Assembly (NCBI GenBank): GCA_965223505.1
Contig: CBDCWP010000040.1
Location: 32,001 to 96,000 of the forward strand
Reading direction: 5' to 3'
Source: Planctomycetota bacterium
GTDB taxonomy: Bacteria; Planctomycetota; PLA2; JAEUHO01
Length of the DNA: 64,000 bases
In this document: positions 36,208 to 45,533 of the stretch, piece by piece
How the letters are laid out: every line of letters begins with the position of its first letter
Numbering within the stretch: the first letter of the stretch is position 1
Notes under the pieces: model-generated
Seen by the model: the letters and a program-made list of their open reading frames with translations, nothing else
Database searches by the model: none
Told to the model about the DNA's origin: nothing
Translations under genes and position numbers: made by a program

Positions 36208-39198
36208 ATGCGCGCGAAACTCCTGTTGCTCTTGGCGTTCGCGCTGCTGATTCCGGCTGCTCCAAGCGCCTCGGCGGACGAGAAGTACGACACGATCGCG
36301 GACGCGATCCAGGGCTACCTCGCAGACGAGACGGACGGCGAGCGCAATTTCTCGACCCTGATGGAGCGCTTGCCCGTAACGGTCGACCCGTGGCTGGTGG
36401 CGTTCACGCTCGTCGGCCGGTCCGACATGGAGGCCGCTTCGGCCTACGCCGAGCGCGTATCAGGCGTTGAGGGTGACAAGCTGCGCGCCAGCGTTCGCGC
36501 CGCGACGCCGACGATGGCGAAGGATGCGAGGGACATCCTCGATGCCTACCTCAGCGGCCGGGCCAGTGTCGAGACGATCAAGCAGCTCGACTCGGCGAAC
36601 GCGCACGCCCACGCGTTCCTGGACGCGGCGCGCACGGTCTTCAAGGGATACGCCTTGGCTCACCTGCAACGATGGGACGAAGCGGAGCGCGCGCTCAAGA
36701 CCGGAGCGACGCTGGCGAAGACCGTGGGATGGTTCCGGGGGACCGTCGGCGCGCTTACGAGTGCTGCGCGTTGCGCGCGGCGACTGGGCAAGATGCGGGC
36801 GAACCTGCACCACTTGACGCGTCTTCACGAAGAGTACGTCAGGGCACGCTGGGATCGCGACGCAACGCGCACGCTCGGATTCGTCGCCAACGCTCACGCG
36901 GACGTGGGCCACTTCGCGGGCGCAATCGAGAAGATGGAAGCGGCACTCGCGCAGTTCGAGCACCTGGGTGGAGCCAACCATGCGGTCGCCTTGGCCAACT
37001 TCGGCGTCATACTCAATCGCGCCGGCAACTACGCGCGCGCGTTGACGGTGCTCGAGGAAGCGGAGGCGCTCGAAGACGACAAACTGCGAACCGCCTCGAT
37101 CATTCGTGAGATGGCCGCCGCGCGCAGCCGGCTCGCGCATCACGCCGAAGCAAAGCGACTCATCGGCGTGGCACTTCGACTAGCGACCGAGGAGGCGAAG
37201 AAGCAGACACCCGTCGGCCGCCGTCACCTCACCACAATGGCGCGCGCCCAGGGCGACCGCGGTTCGATCTACGCGCGAGCAGGCGAGCTCGACGAGGCCG
37301 AGGCGGCGGCGCTTGAAGCGGAAAAGCTCTACAAGGCCCTGGACGACCCGGGTGGCGCCGCGCTCGTGAAAGTCCTGCGGTCGTCCATCTTGCGCGAGGC
37401 GAACGAGCCGGCGGCCGCGTTGCGCGCCGCGGTCGAGGCGCGCGACGTACTCGAGGATCTGGAGAATCCGTACGGGGTGGCGTCGGCGCTCGATGAGATC
37501 AGCCAGAATCAGCTAGCTGTCGGCGCGCTGGACGAAGCCGACGCGACCATCGACGAAGTCTTGAAGCTCGCTGTCTCGCCGCTGCTGCGCGCGCAGGCCC
37601 TTTCGCGCAGGGCACGCATCGAGCTCGCGCGCGGACGTGACAAAGCGGCCGAGAAGCCGGCCCTCCAGGCCGTCGAGCTCCTGGCGCGCGCCTTCGTCGG
37701 CGTCGGCAATCTGTACGGCGCGATCGCCCGAGAAGAGCAGGCGACGATCTACGAAACCGCGATGGTGGTCTGCACCCGGCTCTCGAACACCGAGCAGGCG
37801 CTCCGCGTCCTCGAGCGTGCACGCGCCGGAGCGTTCTTCGAGAGTCTCGACGGCCGCGATCGGCTCCGGAACGCAACCGTCGATCGCACGATACGGGAAC
37901 TGCTCGACAAAGCGGCATTCGACGAAGCGATGGCTCGCGCGGCGCTTCAGGAGGCTCGGGCGGAGGGCCGACTGGCCTCCATCAGGCGAGCCCGCGAGGA
38001 GCTCGAGCAACGCAAGGCCGAGTTCGAGACGCTGGTGGAACGCGCGCAGCGAAGTGCCAAGGTCGCCGCGGGTCTGCTCTACCCTCCCAAGACGGCCACG
38101 CTGCGCAGCCTTCAGTCGCAGCTCGCACCGGGCGACGTGATGCTGCTCTACGCGTTCTTCGGCGAGCGCGCGTTCCTGCTCCCGCTCCGCCGGAAGGACG
38201 ACGCAACGACGGCGTTGACGGTGCTCTGGGAGAAGACGTCCTACATCCGGACGCTCTGTGAAGCGTTCAACGTGCGCGACGCCAATCACGATCCGGAACT
38301 GGTCGCGGAGCTACGCAAGGTGTTGGCCATCGACGTGCACGAAAAGACGAAGGGCACCAAACGGCTCATCGTTTCCGTGAACGGGCCGTTGACGGGCATG
38401 CCGTTCAGCCTGCTGACCGACCGCGAGGTCTGCTACGTACCCTCCGCAACGACGTACGACTTCCTCGCGCGCAATCGGACTCCGGCCGGCTCCCAGGTCC
38501 TGGCGCTCGGCGACCCGGTCTACGCGACGAGCGACACCGTCGACGAGTTCGTTCCCTCCAAGTACCGCGGGACGCAGCGTGATTCCCTGTTCGCCCCCCT
38601 ACCAAGAAGCAGAGAGGAGGCCGACAAGGTCGGCGACGTCAAGCTCTTCGGGAAGGACGCGACGGAAGAGAACCTCCGGAAGAAGCTCAAGCAACAGTGG
38701 CGCGCGGTTCACCTGGCTTGTCACGGCGTCATGGATCGCGAGCGGCCGATGTACTCGGCGCTGGCGCTCACCACGCAGGAGATCGAGAGCGGCTACGACG
38801 GCTTTCTGACATCGCACGAGATCTTCCAGCTCGACCTTCAGACGGACCTTGTCGTGCTGTCGGCGTGCGAGACGGCGTTGGGACGGGTCTACAAAGGAGA
38901 GGGACTTCACGGACTCCCTCGCGCGTTCATGTACGCCGGTGCTCCGCAAGTGTTGGTCAGCTTGTGGAAGGTGGACGACGCGGCGACCAGCGTTCTCATG
39001 ATCCGCTTCCACTCGCTCTGGAACCCCAGGGACAAGACGGCCAAGCGGATGTCGACGACGGCGGCACTCAAGGCGGCACAGCAGTATGTTCGCGAGTTCG
39101 AGATCGAGGTCGAGGAGGAAGGCGGCAAGAAGAAGACCAAGCCCTGGGCTCACCCCAAGTACTGGGCCGCGTGGCAGCTGTGGGGTTTGCCGGACTAG
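36208..39198 (+). CDS. Signal-peptide-bearing TPR-CHAT (caspase HetF-associated) protease
   Basis: Signal peptide ending ASA/DE; TPR-like helices; 'LERARA..F', 'VHLACHG', 'VVLSACETALG', 'SLWKVDD', 'HPKYWAAW'. Confidence 0.9.
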   Translation: MRAKLLLLLAFALLIPAAPSASADEKYDTIADAIQGYLADETDGERNFSTLMERLPVTVDPWLVAFTLVGRSDMEAASAYAERVSGVEGDKLRASVRAATPTMAKDARDILDAYLSGRASVETIKQLDSANAHAHAFLDAARTVFKGYALAHLQRWDEAERALKTGATLAKTVGWFRGTVGALTSAARCARRLGKMRANLHHLTRLHEEYVRARWDRDATRTLGFVANAHADVGHFAGAIEKMEAALAQFEHLGGANHAVALANFGVILNRAGNYARALTVLEEAEALEDDKLRTASIIREMAAARSRLAHHAEAKRLIGVALRLATEEAKKQTPVGRRHLTTMARAQGDRGSIYARAGELDEAEAAALEAEKLYKALDDPGGAALVKVLRSSILREANEPAAALRAAVEARDVLEDLENPYGVASALDEISQNQLAVGALDEADATIDEVLKLAVSPLLRAQALSRRARIELARGRDKAAEKPALQAVELLARAFVGVGNLYGAIAREEQATIYETAMVVCTRLSNTEQALRVLERARAGAFFESLDGRDRLRNATVDRTIRELLDKAAFDEAMARAALQEARAEGRLASIRRAREELEQRKAEFETLVERAQRSAKVAAGLLYPPKTATLRSLQSQLAPGDVMLLYAFFGERAFLLPLRRKDDATTALTVLWEKTSYIRTLCEAFNVRDANHDPELVAELRKVLAIDVHEKTKGTKRLIVSVNGPLTGMPFSLLTDREVCYVPSATTYDFLARNRTPAGSQVLALGDPVYATSDTVDEFVPSKYRGTQRDSLFAPLPRSREEADKVGDVKLFGKDATEENLRKKLKQQWRAVHLACHGVMDRERPMYSALALTTQEIESGYDGFLTSHEIFQLDLQTDLVVLSACETALGRVYKGEGLHGLPRAFMYAGAPQVLVSLWKVDDAATSVLMIRFHSLWNPRDKTAKRMSTTAALKAAQQYVREFEIEVEEEGGKKKTKPWAHPKYWAAWQLWGLPD

Positions 39199-39233
39199 GC
39201 GAGAGTGCCGCTGCTGCGCACGGCCCCTCGGCG

Positions 39234-41129
39234 CTACTTGCCCACGCGCACGACGTCGACGACGACGTCCTTCGTCTCCCCGGCAACGAGCTCGACCTTC
39301 AGGTCGTCGGGCTTCTCGAACTCGTCGGGATGCTTGAACTTCAACGTCCACGTGCCCGGCGGCAGTCCCTCGACGGGAATCTCGTCGCCTCGCGCGCCGA
39401 ACCCCTTCCCCATGCCGGGCGAGGACGCCCACACGCGGAAGCCCTGCGCGGACACGGGCCGGTCGTTCGATTGGAACCGGATCCGCGCCGCGGCGCCCTG
39501 CCGTAGCTCGACGACCGTCGTGCCGTCGCTTCCCGCACCGATGTCGATATCGTCGGTTCGCGGAACGAAGCCGGGCGCCTCGCAGCGCAACCGGACGGTG
39601 CCGGGCGCGACGCGGAACGAGAACGCGTCGGGGCTGTCACGCTGCGCCACCTCCCAGCGCCACGTGGCCGTGCCCTCCGCCATGCCGGCGAACTTGCACA
39701 CGGACCGCGGCACGGCGGCGCCGGTCTCGTCGACGATTCGCACCTTGTGGCCGACCGGCATGGGCACGACCAGGTGGATCTCCTCGCCGGGCCGGTGCTC
39801 GACGCGGACTCGCCACGCCGCGCCGCGCACCCAAGCCGCGTAGCTGCCGGCCGGCAACGGGTCCGTCTCGAACGCCCACGGCTTGCCGGCGTCCAAGACC
39901 TCGATGCGCGCCCTGCCGTAGTGCCCGGCGGTGACGCCGTCCTGCACGCCGGCGAATGAGAGAAACGACTCGATGGGGCCCCACTCGGCGGGAATCGTGA
40001 GCGTGCCGACCAGGGGGGCCTTTTCGACGCGCCTGCCGACCTCGAGCTCGATCGTCAACGGTACGACGCGACTACGCACGATCTCGGCGCGGCCGCTGCC
40101 GTAGACCTTGTCGATGAGGAATCCGCCCCGGCGTGCGACGAAGAAGGTCAGGCTCCCCTCCGGCAATCCCTCGATGCGAATCTGACCGCGGTCGCTGGCG
40201 GCCGGCGACGAGCCCGCCACGCCGTGTCGCTCCACATGCTCACGCACGTCCGCGAGGAGCACGGGTCGGTCGACGTCGTGCCAGCCGCGGATGAGCAGGT
40301 CCACACCCCCACCGGGTCCGAGGCCGACCTCGATCGGCGCCTCGGTGGTCGTGTCGTGCCGGATGACGAAGTGGCGCCACGCGTACCCCTCCGCGCGGAA
40401 GAACCACTGCGACACACCGACGCCCGGCGGAATCTCGATGAGACCGTCGACGTTCGGGTGAACGCGCTCACCCCTGAGGGTGTACTCGTCCGGCATGCGC
40501 AGTCCGGGACTGCCGCTGCCGCCGATCGGCCAGCCGCCCGACGCGGACTTCAACGCGTGCGCATCGGCGAGCACGGCGCGTGTCTCCGCATCGACGACGC
40601 GCACATGAATGGCGTTGCCGCGCCGCAGAACGATCTCATTGGATGCGCCGGCGCGCAGATCGAACACCGACTGCGTCGGCGCGAACTCGCCTTCGTCGGT
40701 CGTGACGCGTTCGATCTCGTGCGGTCCGGCACCGATCCGCGGCCCCGCGAACACACCGTCCTTTCCCTCGAAGCGATTCCCGCCCCGCCCCCCGCGTGCG
40801 ATGTGTCGATAGACCATGAAGCTCACGGTCTTCGGCTTCGTCCCGTCTTCGAATCGAATCGTCCCGAAGATGCCGTCCCTGGGTCGGTCGGGCGCCTGAG
40901 ACGTCGTCTTGGATTCGGCAGTGGCCGCGTCCGGCTGCGGGCGCTCGGCCGTTCGGGGCTCTGAGCCCTCGAGCGCGGTGCCATCGAGCGCGGGGCGTTC
41001 GTGCGGCGTCACGACGTCTTGCGTTCGCGTCGGATGAGGCTCGGGGCCGGCGCCGGCGCGCTGCCAAAGCCAGATGCAGACGCCGACGAGCACCAGGAGG
41101 GCCAACGCGAGGACGACGCTCTTCCGCAT
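39234..41129 (-). CDS. Membrane-anchored carboxypeptidase-regulatory-like domain protein
   Basis: N-terminal TM, low-complexity linker, modules 'VRVVDAET', 'IEGLPEG', 'VEGLPPGTWTL'. Confidence 0.65.
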   Translation of the reverse strand: MRKSVVLALALLVLVGVCIWLWQRAGAGPEPHPTRTQDVVTPHERPALDGTALEGSEPRTAERPQPDAATAESKTTSQAPDRPRDGIFGTIRFEDGTKPKTVSFMVYRHIARGGRGGNRFEGKDGVFAGPRIGAGPHEIERVTTDEGEFAPTQSVFDLRAGASNEIVLRRGNAIHVRVVDAETRAVLADAHALKSASGGWPIGGSGSPGLRMPDEYTLRGERVHPNVDGLIEIPPGVGVSQWFFRAEGYAWRHFVIRHDTTTEAPIEVGLGPGGGVDLLIRGWHDVDRPVLLADVREHVERHGVAGSSPAASDRGQIRIEGLPEGSLTFFVARRGGFLIDKVYGSGRAEIVRSRVVPLTIELEVGRRVEKAPLVGTLTIPAEWGPIESFLSFAGVQDGVTAGHYGRARIEVLDAGKPWAFETDPLPAGSYAAWVRGAAWRVRVEHRPGEEIHLVVPMPVGHKVRIVDETGAAVPRSVCKFAGMAEGTATWRWEVAQRDSPDAFSFRVAPGTVRLRCEAPGFVPRTDDIDIGAGSDGTTVVELRQGAAARIRFQSNDRPVSAQGFRVWASSPGMGKGFGARGDEIPVEGLPPGTWTLKFKHPDEFEKPDDLKVELVAGETKDVVVDVVRVGK

Positions 41130-41173
41130 GAGAGGCGCAGGATACCGCGTTGCTTGACCTAGAATCGTGGCCG

Positions 41174-42097
41174 ATGACGAAGTCCTCCGACCAACCTGAC
41201 GCCGCATCCGAGGGCCTGTCCATCGGCGGCGTCGCCGCTGCGACGGGCCTGTCGACCGAGACGCTTCGCATCTGGGAGCGGCGCTACGGCAAGCCCGTCC
41301 CCGTTCGCCTTCCGAGCGGCCACCGGCGCTACACCGCCGAACAGGTTCGCTGGCTTCGACGTGTCGCCAGCGCTCTTGCGATGGGCAACCGGCCCCTTCA
41401 AATCATGAAGCTGGACGACGCGCAGCTCGACGCGCTTCTCGGGAAACGTACGGCGAGCAAGCCTCGCAGCGCCACGACCGCCTGGGTCAAGATGATCGCT
41501 TCGTTCAAGGGTGAAGCGCTGGTCGAAGCCCTGCGCGACGTGTGGGCCAACAACGACCCGCTCACGTTCCTCGAAGACCACGTCGCGCCGTTCATCGACT
41601 CGATCGGCCGCGCCTGGGCGGACGGCGACATCGAGGTTCGGCACGAGCACTTTGCGGCGGAGCTCGTGGAACACGTGATCCGCAGGTTTCGCAACGAGAT
41701 CGGCACGCCGGCCCGTCGGCCTGCCGTCGTGCTCACGACGCTGCCGGGAGAACGCCACGGCCTCGGCATTCAGATGGCCGCGCTCCTGTGTGCGGCGAAC
41801 CGGGTTCCCGTCAGCGTCCTGGGCGTCGACACGCCGCTCGACGACACGGCCCGGGCCGCCGGCGAGCTCGCGCCGAAGATTCTCGGGATCAGCGTGTCCC
41901 TTGCGACGGGCGGCGTCGAGACGGACCGGACGCTGGCGGCTCTACGCGGCACGATGCCGAGCGACGTCCGACTGGTCGTCGGCGGCGAGGGCGCGCGCGG
42001 TGTCCGCCGCGGCCCGCGCGGCGTCGAGTACATGACGCAGCTCGCCGTTTGGGACGAAGCCATGCGAGACCTGAAGACGAGGCGGCGGTCGGCCTAG
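41174..42097 (+). CDS. MerR-family cobalamin-binding regulator (CarH/LitR-like), paralogue 1
   Basis: 'LRIWERRYG..P.RLPSGHRRY', W-x9-EH (WADGDIEVRHEH), ExHxxG (ERHGLG). Confidence 0.9.
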   Translation: MTKSSDQPDAASEGLSIGGVAAATGLSTETLRIWERRYGKPVPVRLPSGHRRYTAEQVRWLRRVASALAMGNRPLQIMKLDDAQLDALLGKRTASKPRSATTAWVKMIASFKGEALVEALRDVWANNDPLTFLEDHVAPFIDSIGRAWADGDIEVRHEHFAAELVEHVIRRFRNEIGTPARRPAVVLTTLPGERHGLGIQMAALLCAANRVPVSVLGVDTPLDDTARAAGELAPKILGISVSLATGGVETDRTLAALRGTMPSDVRLVVGGEGARGVRRGPRGVEYMTQLAVWDEAMRDLKTRRRSA

Positions 42098-43341
42098 CTC
42101 GTCGGAACGTTGATCTCGGACAGAACGGCATCCGCCGTCGCGCGTCCGCTGACCATGGCGCCCTGGATCGAGCCGTTCTCGCGGTGATCGCCGCAGACGA
42201 AGGAGCCTCCGCGGGCCCGCGCGATGGGTTTCGAACGCAGGGTCTCGCGTTCGGGCAGCGCGTAGGGAACGTGCACCGTTCGAAGATGCCGCCACGCGTC
42301 GACCTCGGCGCCGAACCACTCTCGCAGCTGCGTTCGCACCGCCTGCTCGAGATCGTCGTGCTTCGCGTTCGCGTCCAGCACCGTCGCGGAGACCAGCGCG
42401 GCGCCGGCCGGCGCGTACGTGGGCGCGACCGCGCTCGGCACGCAGAGGTTGTTGACCGGACCGGCGCCGGACCCGTCCAGATAGAGCACGGGCTCTTCGG
42501 TCGGCGCGCGGTCCGCGCCGAAGTACAGGCACCTGACGCCGTGAAACTTCGCCTGCAGCTCGCCCCCGACGATCTCGTTCGCCGCGCTCTCTTCCGTGGC
42601 GATCACGACCGCCTGCGCGCGGATCTCCTCGCCGGACACGAGCGTCACGCGATCGTTCCGTGCGCTGACGACGCGCTGACGGGTGCGCACCGTGCCCGGC
42701 TCCAGGCGCGCCGCGATCTGCTTGGGGATGGCGCCCATCCCTCCCGCCGGCAGCGCGCCGTCCCCCAGCGCGAACATGCGGTAGACGAACGCGAGCATGC
42801 GACTCGATGTCGTCAGGTTCGGCTCGAGGAAGATGCCGCCCAACCAGGGCCGGAAGAAGCACTCGATCATCTCCTTCGAGAAACCGAATGCGTGCAGCGC
42901 CTCGAGGGTCGTGATCTCGGGCCGCCGGAAGAGGTCGTCGAGAGATCCGCGGCACACGTCTTTCTTCAGCTTGAGCATGAGGCGCTTGTCGTTGAACGTG
43001 CCGATCGGAGCGAACGCCGACCGCAGGCCGTCCCAGAAGCGCCGCGTCGGGTCGACGAACCGGACGAACCGTTGTCCGTAGCGGATCATCGCACCCGGGT
43101 AGAAGGCGTGCAGGTCGAGCGCGTCGTAGTCGAGCACGCGCTGCGCCTCGGGATACGCCGTCAGCAGCACCTGGAATCCGCGGTCCAGGAGGAACCCGTC
43201 GACGACATCCGTGCGTACGCGCCCACCGACGTCGTCGCCCGCCTCCAAGATGGCGCACGCGACGCCGCGCTCCTGGAGCCGCAGCGCACAGCAAAGTCCG
43301 GCGAGCCCGGCGCCGACGATGACGACATCGGTGTCACGCAT
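42094..43341 (-). CDS. FAD-dependent oxidoreductase (amine oxidase/phytoene-desaturase-like superfamily)
   Basis: 'VGAGLAGL', 'VGGRVRTD.VDGFLLDRGFQV', 'CGDH....SIQGAMVSG'. Confidence 0.9.
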   Translation of the reverse strand: MRDTDVVIVGAGLAGLCCALRLQERGVACAILEAGDDVGGRVRTDVVDGFLLDRGFQVLLTAYPEAQRVLDYDALDLHAFYPGAMIRYGQRFVRFVDPTRRFWDGLRSAFAPIGTFNDKRLMLKLKKDVCRGSLDDLFRRPEITTLEALHAFGFSKEMIECFFRPWLGGIFLEPNLTTSSRMLAFVYRMFALGDGALPAGGMGAIPKQIAARLEPGTVRTRQRVVSARNDRVTLVSGEEIRAQAVVIATEESAANEIVGGELQAKFHGVRCLYFGADRAPTEEPVLYLDGSGAGPVNNLCVPSAVAPTYAPAGAALVSATVLDANAKHDDLEQAVRTQLREWFGAEVDAWRHLRTVHVPYALPERETLRSKPIARARGGSFVCGDHRENGSIQGAMVSGRATADAVLSEINVPTS

Positions 43342-43353
43342 TGCCTTCTCTCC

Positions 43354-44355
43354 TCAGACGACATTCCTGAGCATCAGGTCCGACGGATACGGATCCAGAT
43401 ACACCTGCTCGCGCGCCCACTCGTGCTCGCACTTCGTGCGCAGATGGTGGCGCACGAGCGTGAGCGGTACCACGAGCGGTAGTGTCCCGCGCGCGTACTC
43501 GGCGAGCGTCGACGCGAGCTCGCGTTTGTCCTCGGCCGTCGTCCGGTCCTTGAAGAACCCCGCGAAGTGCTGGAGCACGTTCACGTGCCGCCCGCGCGAG
43601 GCGTGCTCCTGAAGCGTGGTCATGAGCAGCGTCTCGTAGCGCGCGACCAGCTCGTCCCAGGGCAGGCTCCCGGCCTCCGCCACGAGGCGTCCCAGCTCGC
43701 GCTGAGCGACGGGCGAGTGCGCCATCACGATGAACTTGTGCTGGGCATGAAAGCGGACGACGCGCGCGGTCTGATCGCGATCCCGAATCGCGTGCCGCCA
43801 GCGCGCGTACGTGAAGATGCGCAGGATGAAGTTCTCCCGCAGGTGCGGGTCGTTCAGGCGCCCCTCCTCTTCCATGGGAAGGTACGGGAACCGCCTCGCG
43901 AGCTCGTCCGCCCAGACACCCCGTCCGGTCTTGGAGGGGCTGCCGTTGTGGTCGTAGACCCGCACGCGGAAGACGCCGCACGTCGGCGAGTCCTTCTTCA
44001 GCACGAACCCGTGAAGCGCGGCATCGGCGAGTCCGGGCAGCCGCTGTCGTGCCCACGAGCGCATCTGCGGCTCCACCGCTTCGCCGCTCTCGCTGTAGAC
44101 GAGGCGCGCAGGCGGTACGTCCTCACCCGGCTTGCGCTCGTCGCGCACGAGCCGCAGCGGCGGCCGTGGAATGCCCATGCCCATCTCCACCTCGGGACAG
44201 ACCGAGATGAAGTCGACGTGCTCCGCCAGTGCGTCGGTGAGGAAACGCGAACGGCAGTGACCACCGTTCACACGCACGTTCTCGCCGAGCAGGCAGGTGC
44301 TGACGCCGACGCGGACGATCGGCCCTTTCGCGGAGTCGGACAACGTCGCGTTCAT
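43354..44355 (-). CDS. DUF523+DUF1722 (YbgA/YbbK-like) protein
   Basis: 'VGVSTCLLGENVR.NGGH', 'VCPEVEMGMG.PR', 'KKDSPTCG', 'EEEGRLND..LRENF', 'FHAQHK...MAHS', 'NVLQH..GFFK'. Confidence 0.92.
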   Translation of the reverse strand: MNATLSDSAKGPIVRVGVSTCLLGENVRVNGGHCRSRFLTDALAEHVDFISVCPEVEMGMGIPRPPLRLVRDERKPGEDVPPARLVYSESGEAVEPQMRSWARQRLPGLADAALHGFVLKKDSPTCGVFRVRVYDHNGSPSKTGRGVWADELARRFPYLPMEEEGRLNDPHLRENFILRIFTYARWRHAIRDRDQTARVVRFHAQHKFIVMAHSPVAQRELGRLVAEAGSLPWDELVARYETLLMTTLQEHASRGRHVNVLQHFAGFFKDRTTAEDKRELASTLAEYARGTLPLVVPLTLVRHHLRTKCEHEWAREQVYLDPYPSDLMLRNVV

Positions 44356-44501
44356 CAAGCCGCCGCCGCAGCAGCAACCACGCGCGCGGGCACCGGACGT
44401 CCCCGCACCGCCCGCAAGGCCGACTCGACGTCCGCGCTCTCCAGGCGCTTCGTCGCCTTCGAGCCCAGAAATCCGCCTGCACCGCTGATCAGAATCCGCA
44501 T
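44355..44501 (-). pseudogene. 48-aa ORF, apparent internally deleted NAD(P)-binding (TIGR01777/YfcH-like) gene
   Basis: MRILISGAGGFLGSKATKRLESADVESALRAVRGRPVPARVVAAAAAA*; GAGAGG Shine-Dalgarno; TGATG overlap with the DUF523 gene; below the ORF-track length cutoff. Confidence 0.6.
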
Positions 44502-44534
44502 CGGACACCTCTCGTTGATTTGTATTAATAAAAA

Positions 44535-44562
44535 ACTATACGATTTGCAAGATCTGTGTCAA
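44535..44562 (-). promoter_or_regulatory. Near-consensus sigma-70 promoter for the DUF523/oxidoreductase operon
   Basis: Minus strand TTGACA-N16-TATAGT inside an AT-rich island between divergent genes. Confidence 0.75.
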
Positions 44563-44621
44563 ACTTCGTACACATAAAAACCCGGACAAGCAGAGCGGTA
44601 GCCTCTAGACTGCGAGGAGCC

Positions 44622-45533
44622 ATGAAGAAGACGTCAGCCCCGAATGGATCGGCCAACAGCCTCCTCTCGATCGGCGACGTGGCCGCGGCAACCGCCATCT
44701 CGACGGAGACGCTCCGCATCTGGGAGCGGCGCTACGGCCGTCCCGTCCCCGTGCGACTGCCGAGCGGCCACCGCCGCTACACCCCGGCACACGTTCGCTG
44801 GCTGCGCCGCGTGGCCGAGGCGATTGCACTGGGCCATCGCCCCCACAAGGTCGTGCCGCTCAGCGAACGCGAGCTCGACGAGGTTCTCGGAACGCCGACA
44901 GCCGAGCGCGACAGTCCCGAGGCCCTGCGCTGGGTGCGCATGGTGAAGGAGTTCAAGGGCGAGCAGTTGGTCGCCGAGATGATGTCCGCGTGGAAGACCA
45001 ACGACGTCGTCCCGTTCCTCGACCTCTACATCGCGCCGTTCGTCAGCGCCGTCGGACGGGCGTGGGCGGACGGGAAGTTGGAGGTCCGCCATGAGCACTT
45101 CGCCTCCGAGTTGGTGCAGAACGTCATTCGCAACCTGCGCTCGGACCTCGACCTCCCCACCAACCGACCCGTCGTCCTCCTGACGACGCTGCCGGGCGAG
45201 TCCCACGGCATCGGACTGCAGATGGCGGCGCTCGTGTGTTCGGCAAACCGCGTCCCGGTCGGTGTCCTCGGCGTCGATACGCCGCTCTTGGAGATCGTAC
45301 GCGCCGTGAACGAGCTCGGCTCGCGCGTCGTCGGACTCAGTGTGTCGCTGGCAACCGGCGGCGTCGAGACCGACCGGGTGATTGCCGAGCTTCGTCAGGC
45401 GCTTCCCGCGGACGTGCGATTGGTCGTGGGCGGCGACGGCGCCCGCGGGATTCGCCGTGGACCCCGCGGTATCGAGTACGTCGAAAGCTTGGCCGGTTGG
45501 GACGAGATCGCGCGCTCGTTGCGCGCGATCTAG
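44622..45533 (+). CDS. MerR-family cobalamin-binding regulator (CarH/LitR-like), paralogue 2
   Basis: Same motifs as paralogue 1: 'LRIWERRYG', WADGKLEVRHEH, ESHGIG; GAGGAG Shine-Dalgarno. Confidence 0.9.
   Translation: MKKTSAPNGSANSLLSIGDVAAATAISTETLRIWERRYGRPVPVRLPSGHRRYTPAHVRWLRRVAEAIALGHRPHKVVPLSERELDEVLGTPTAERDSPEALRWVRMVKEFKGEQLVAEMMSAWKTNDVVPFLDLYIAPFVSAVGRAWADGKLEVRHEHFASELVQNVIRNLRSDLDLPTNRPVVLLTTLPGESHGIGLQMAALVCSANRVPVGVLGVDTPLLEIVRAVNELGSRVVGLSVSLATGGVETDRVIAELRQALPADVRLVVGGDGARGIRRGPRGIEYVESLAGWDEIARSLRAI

Noticed and set aside
44510..44620. Exact 11-bp CarH operator repeats
   Set aside because: Only degenerate TnnACA-like matches without convincing 11-bp phasing, so no operator is called.
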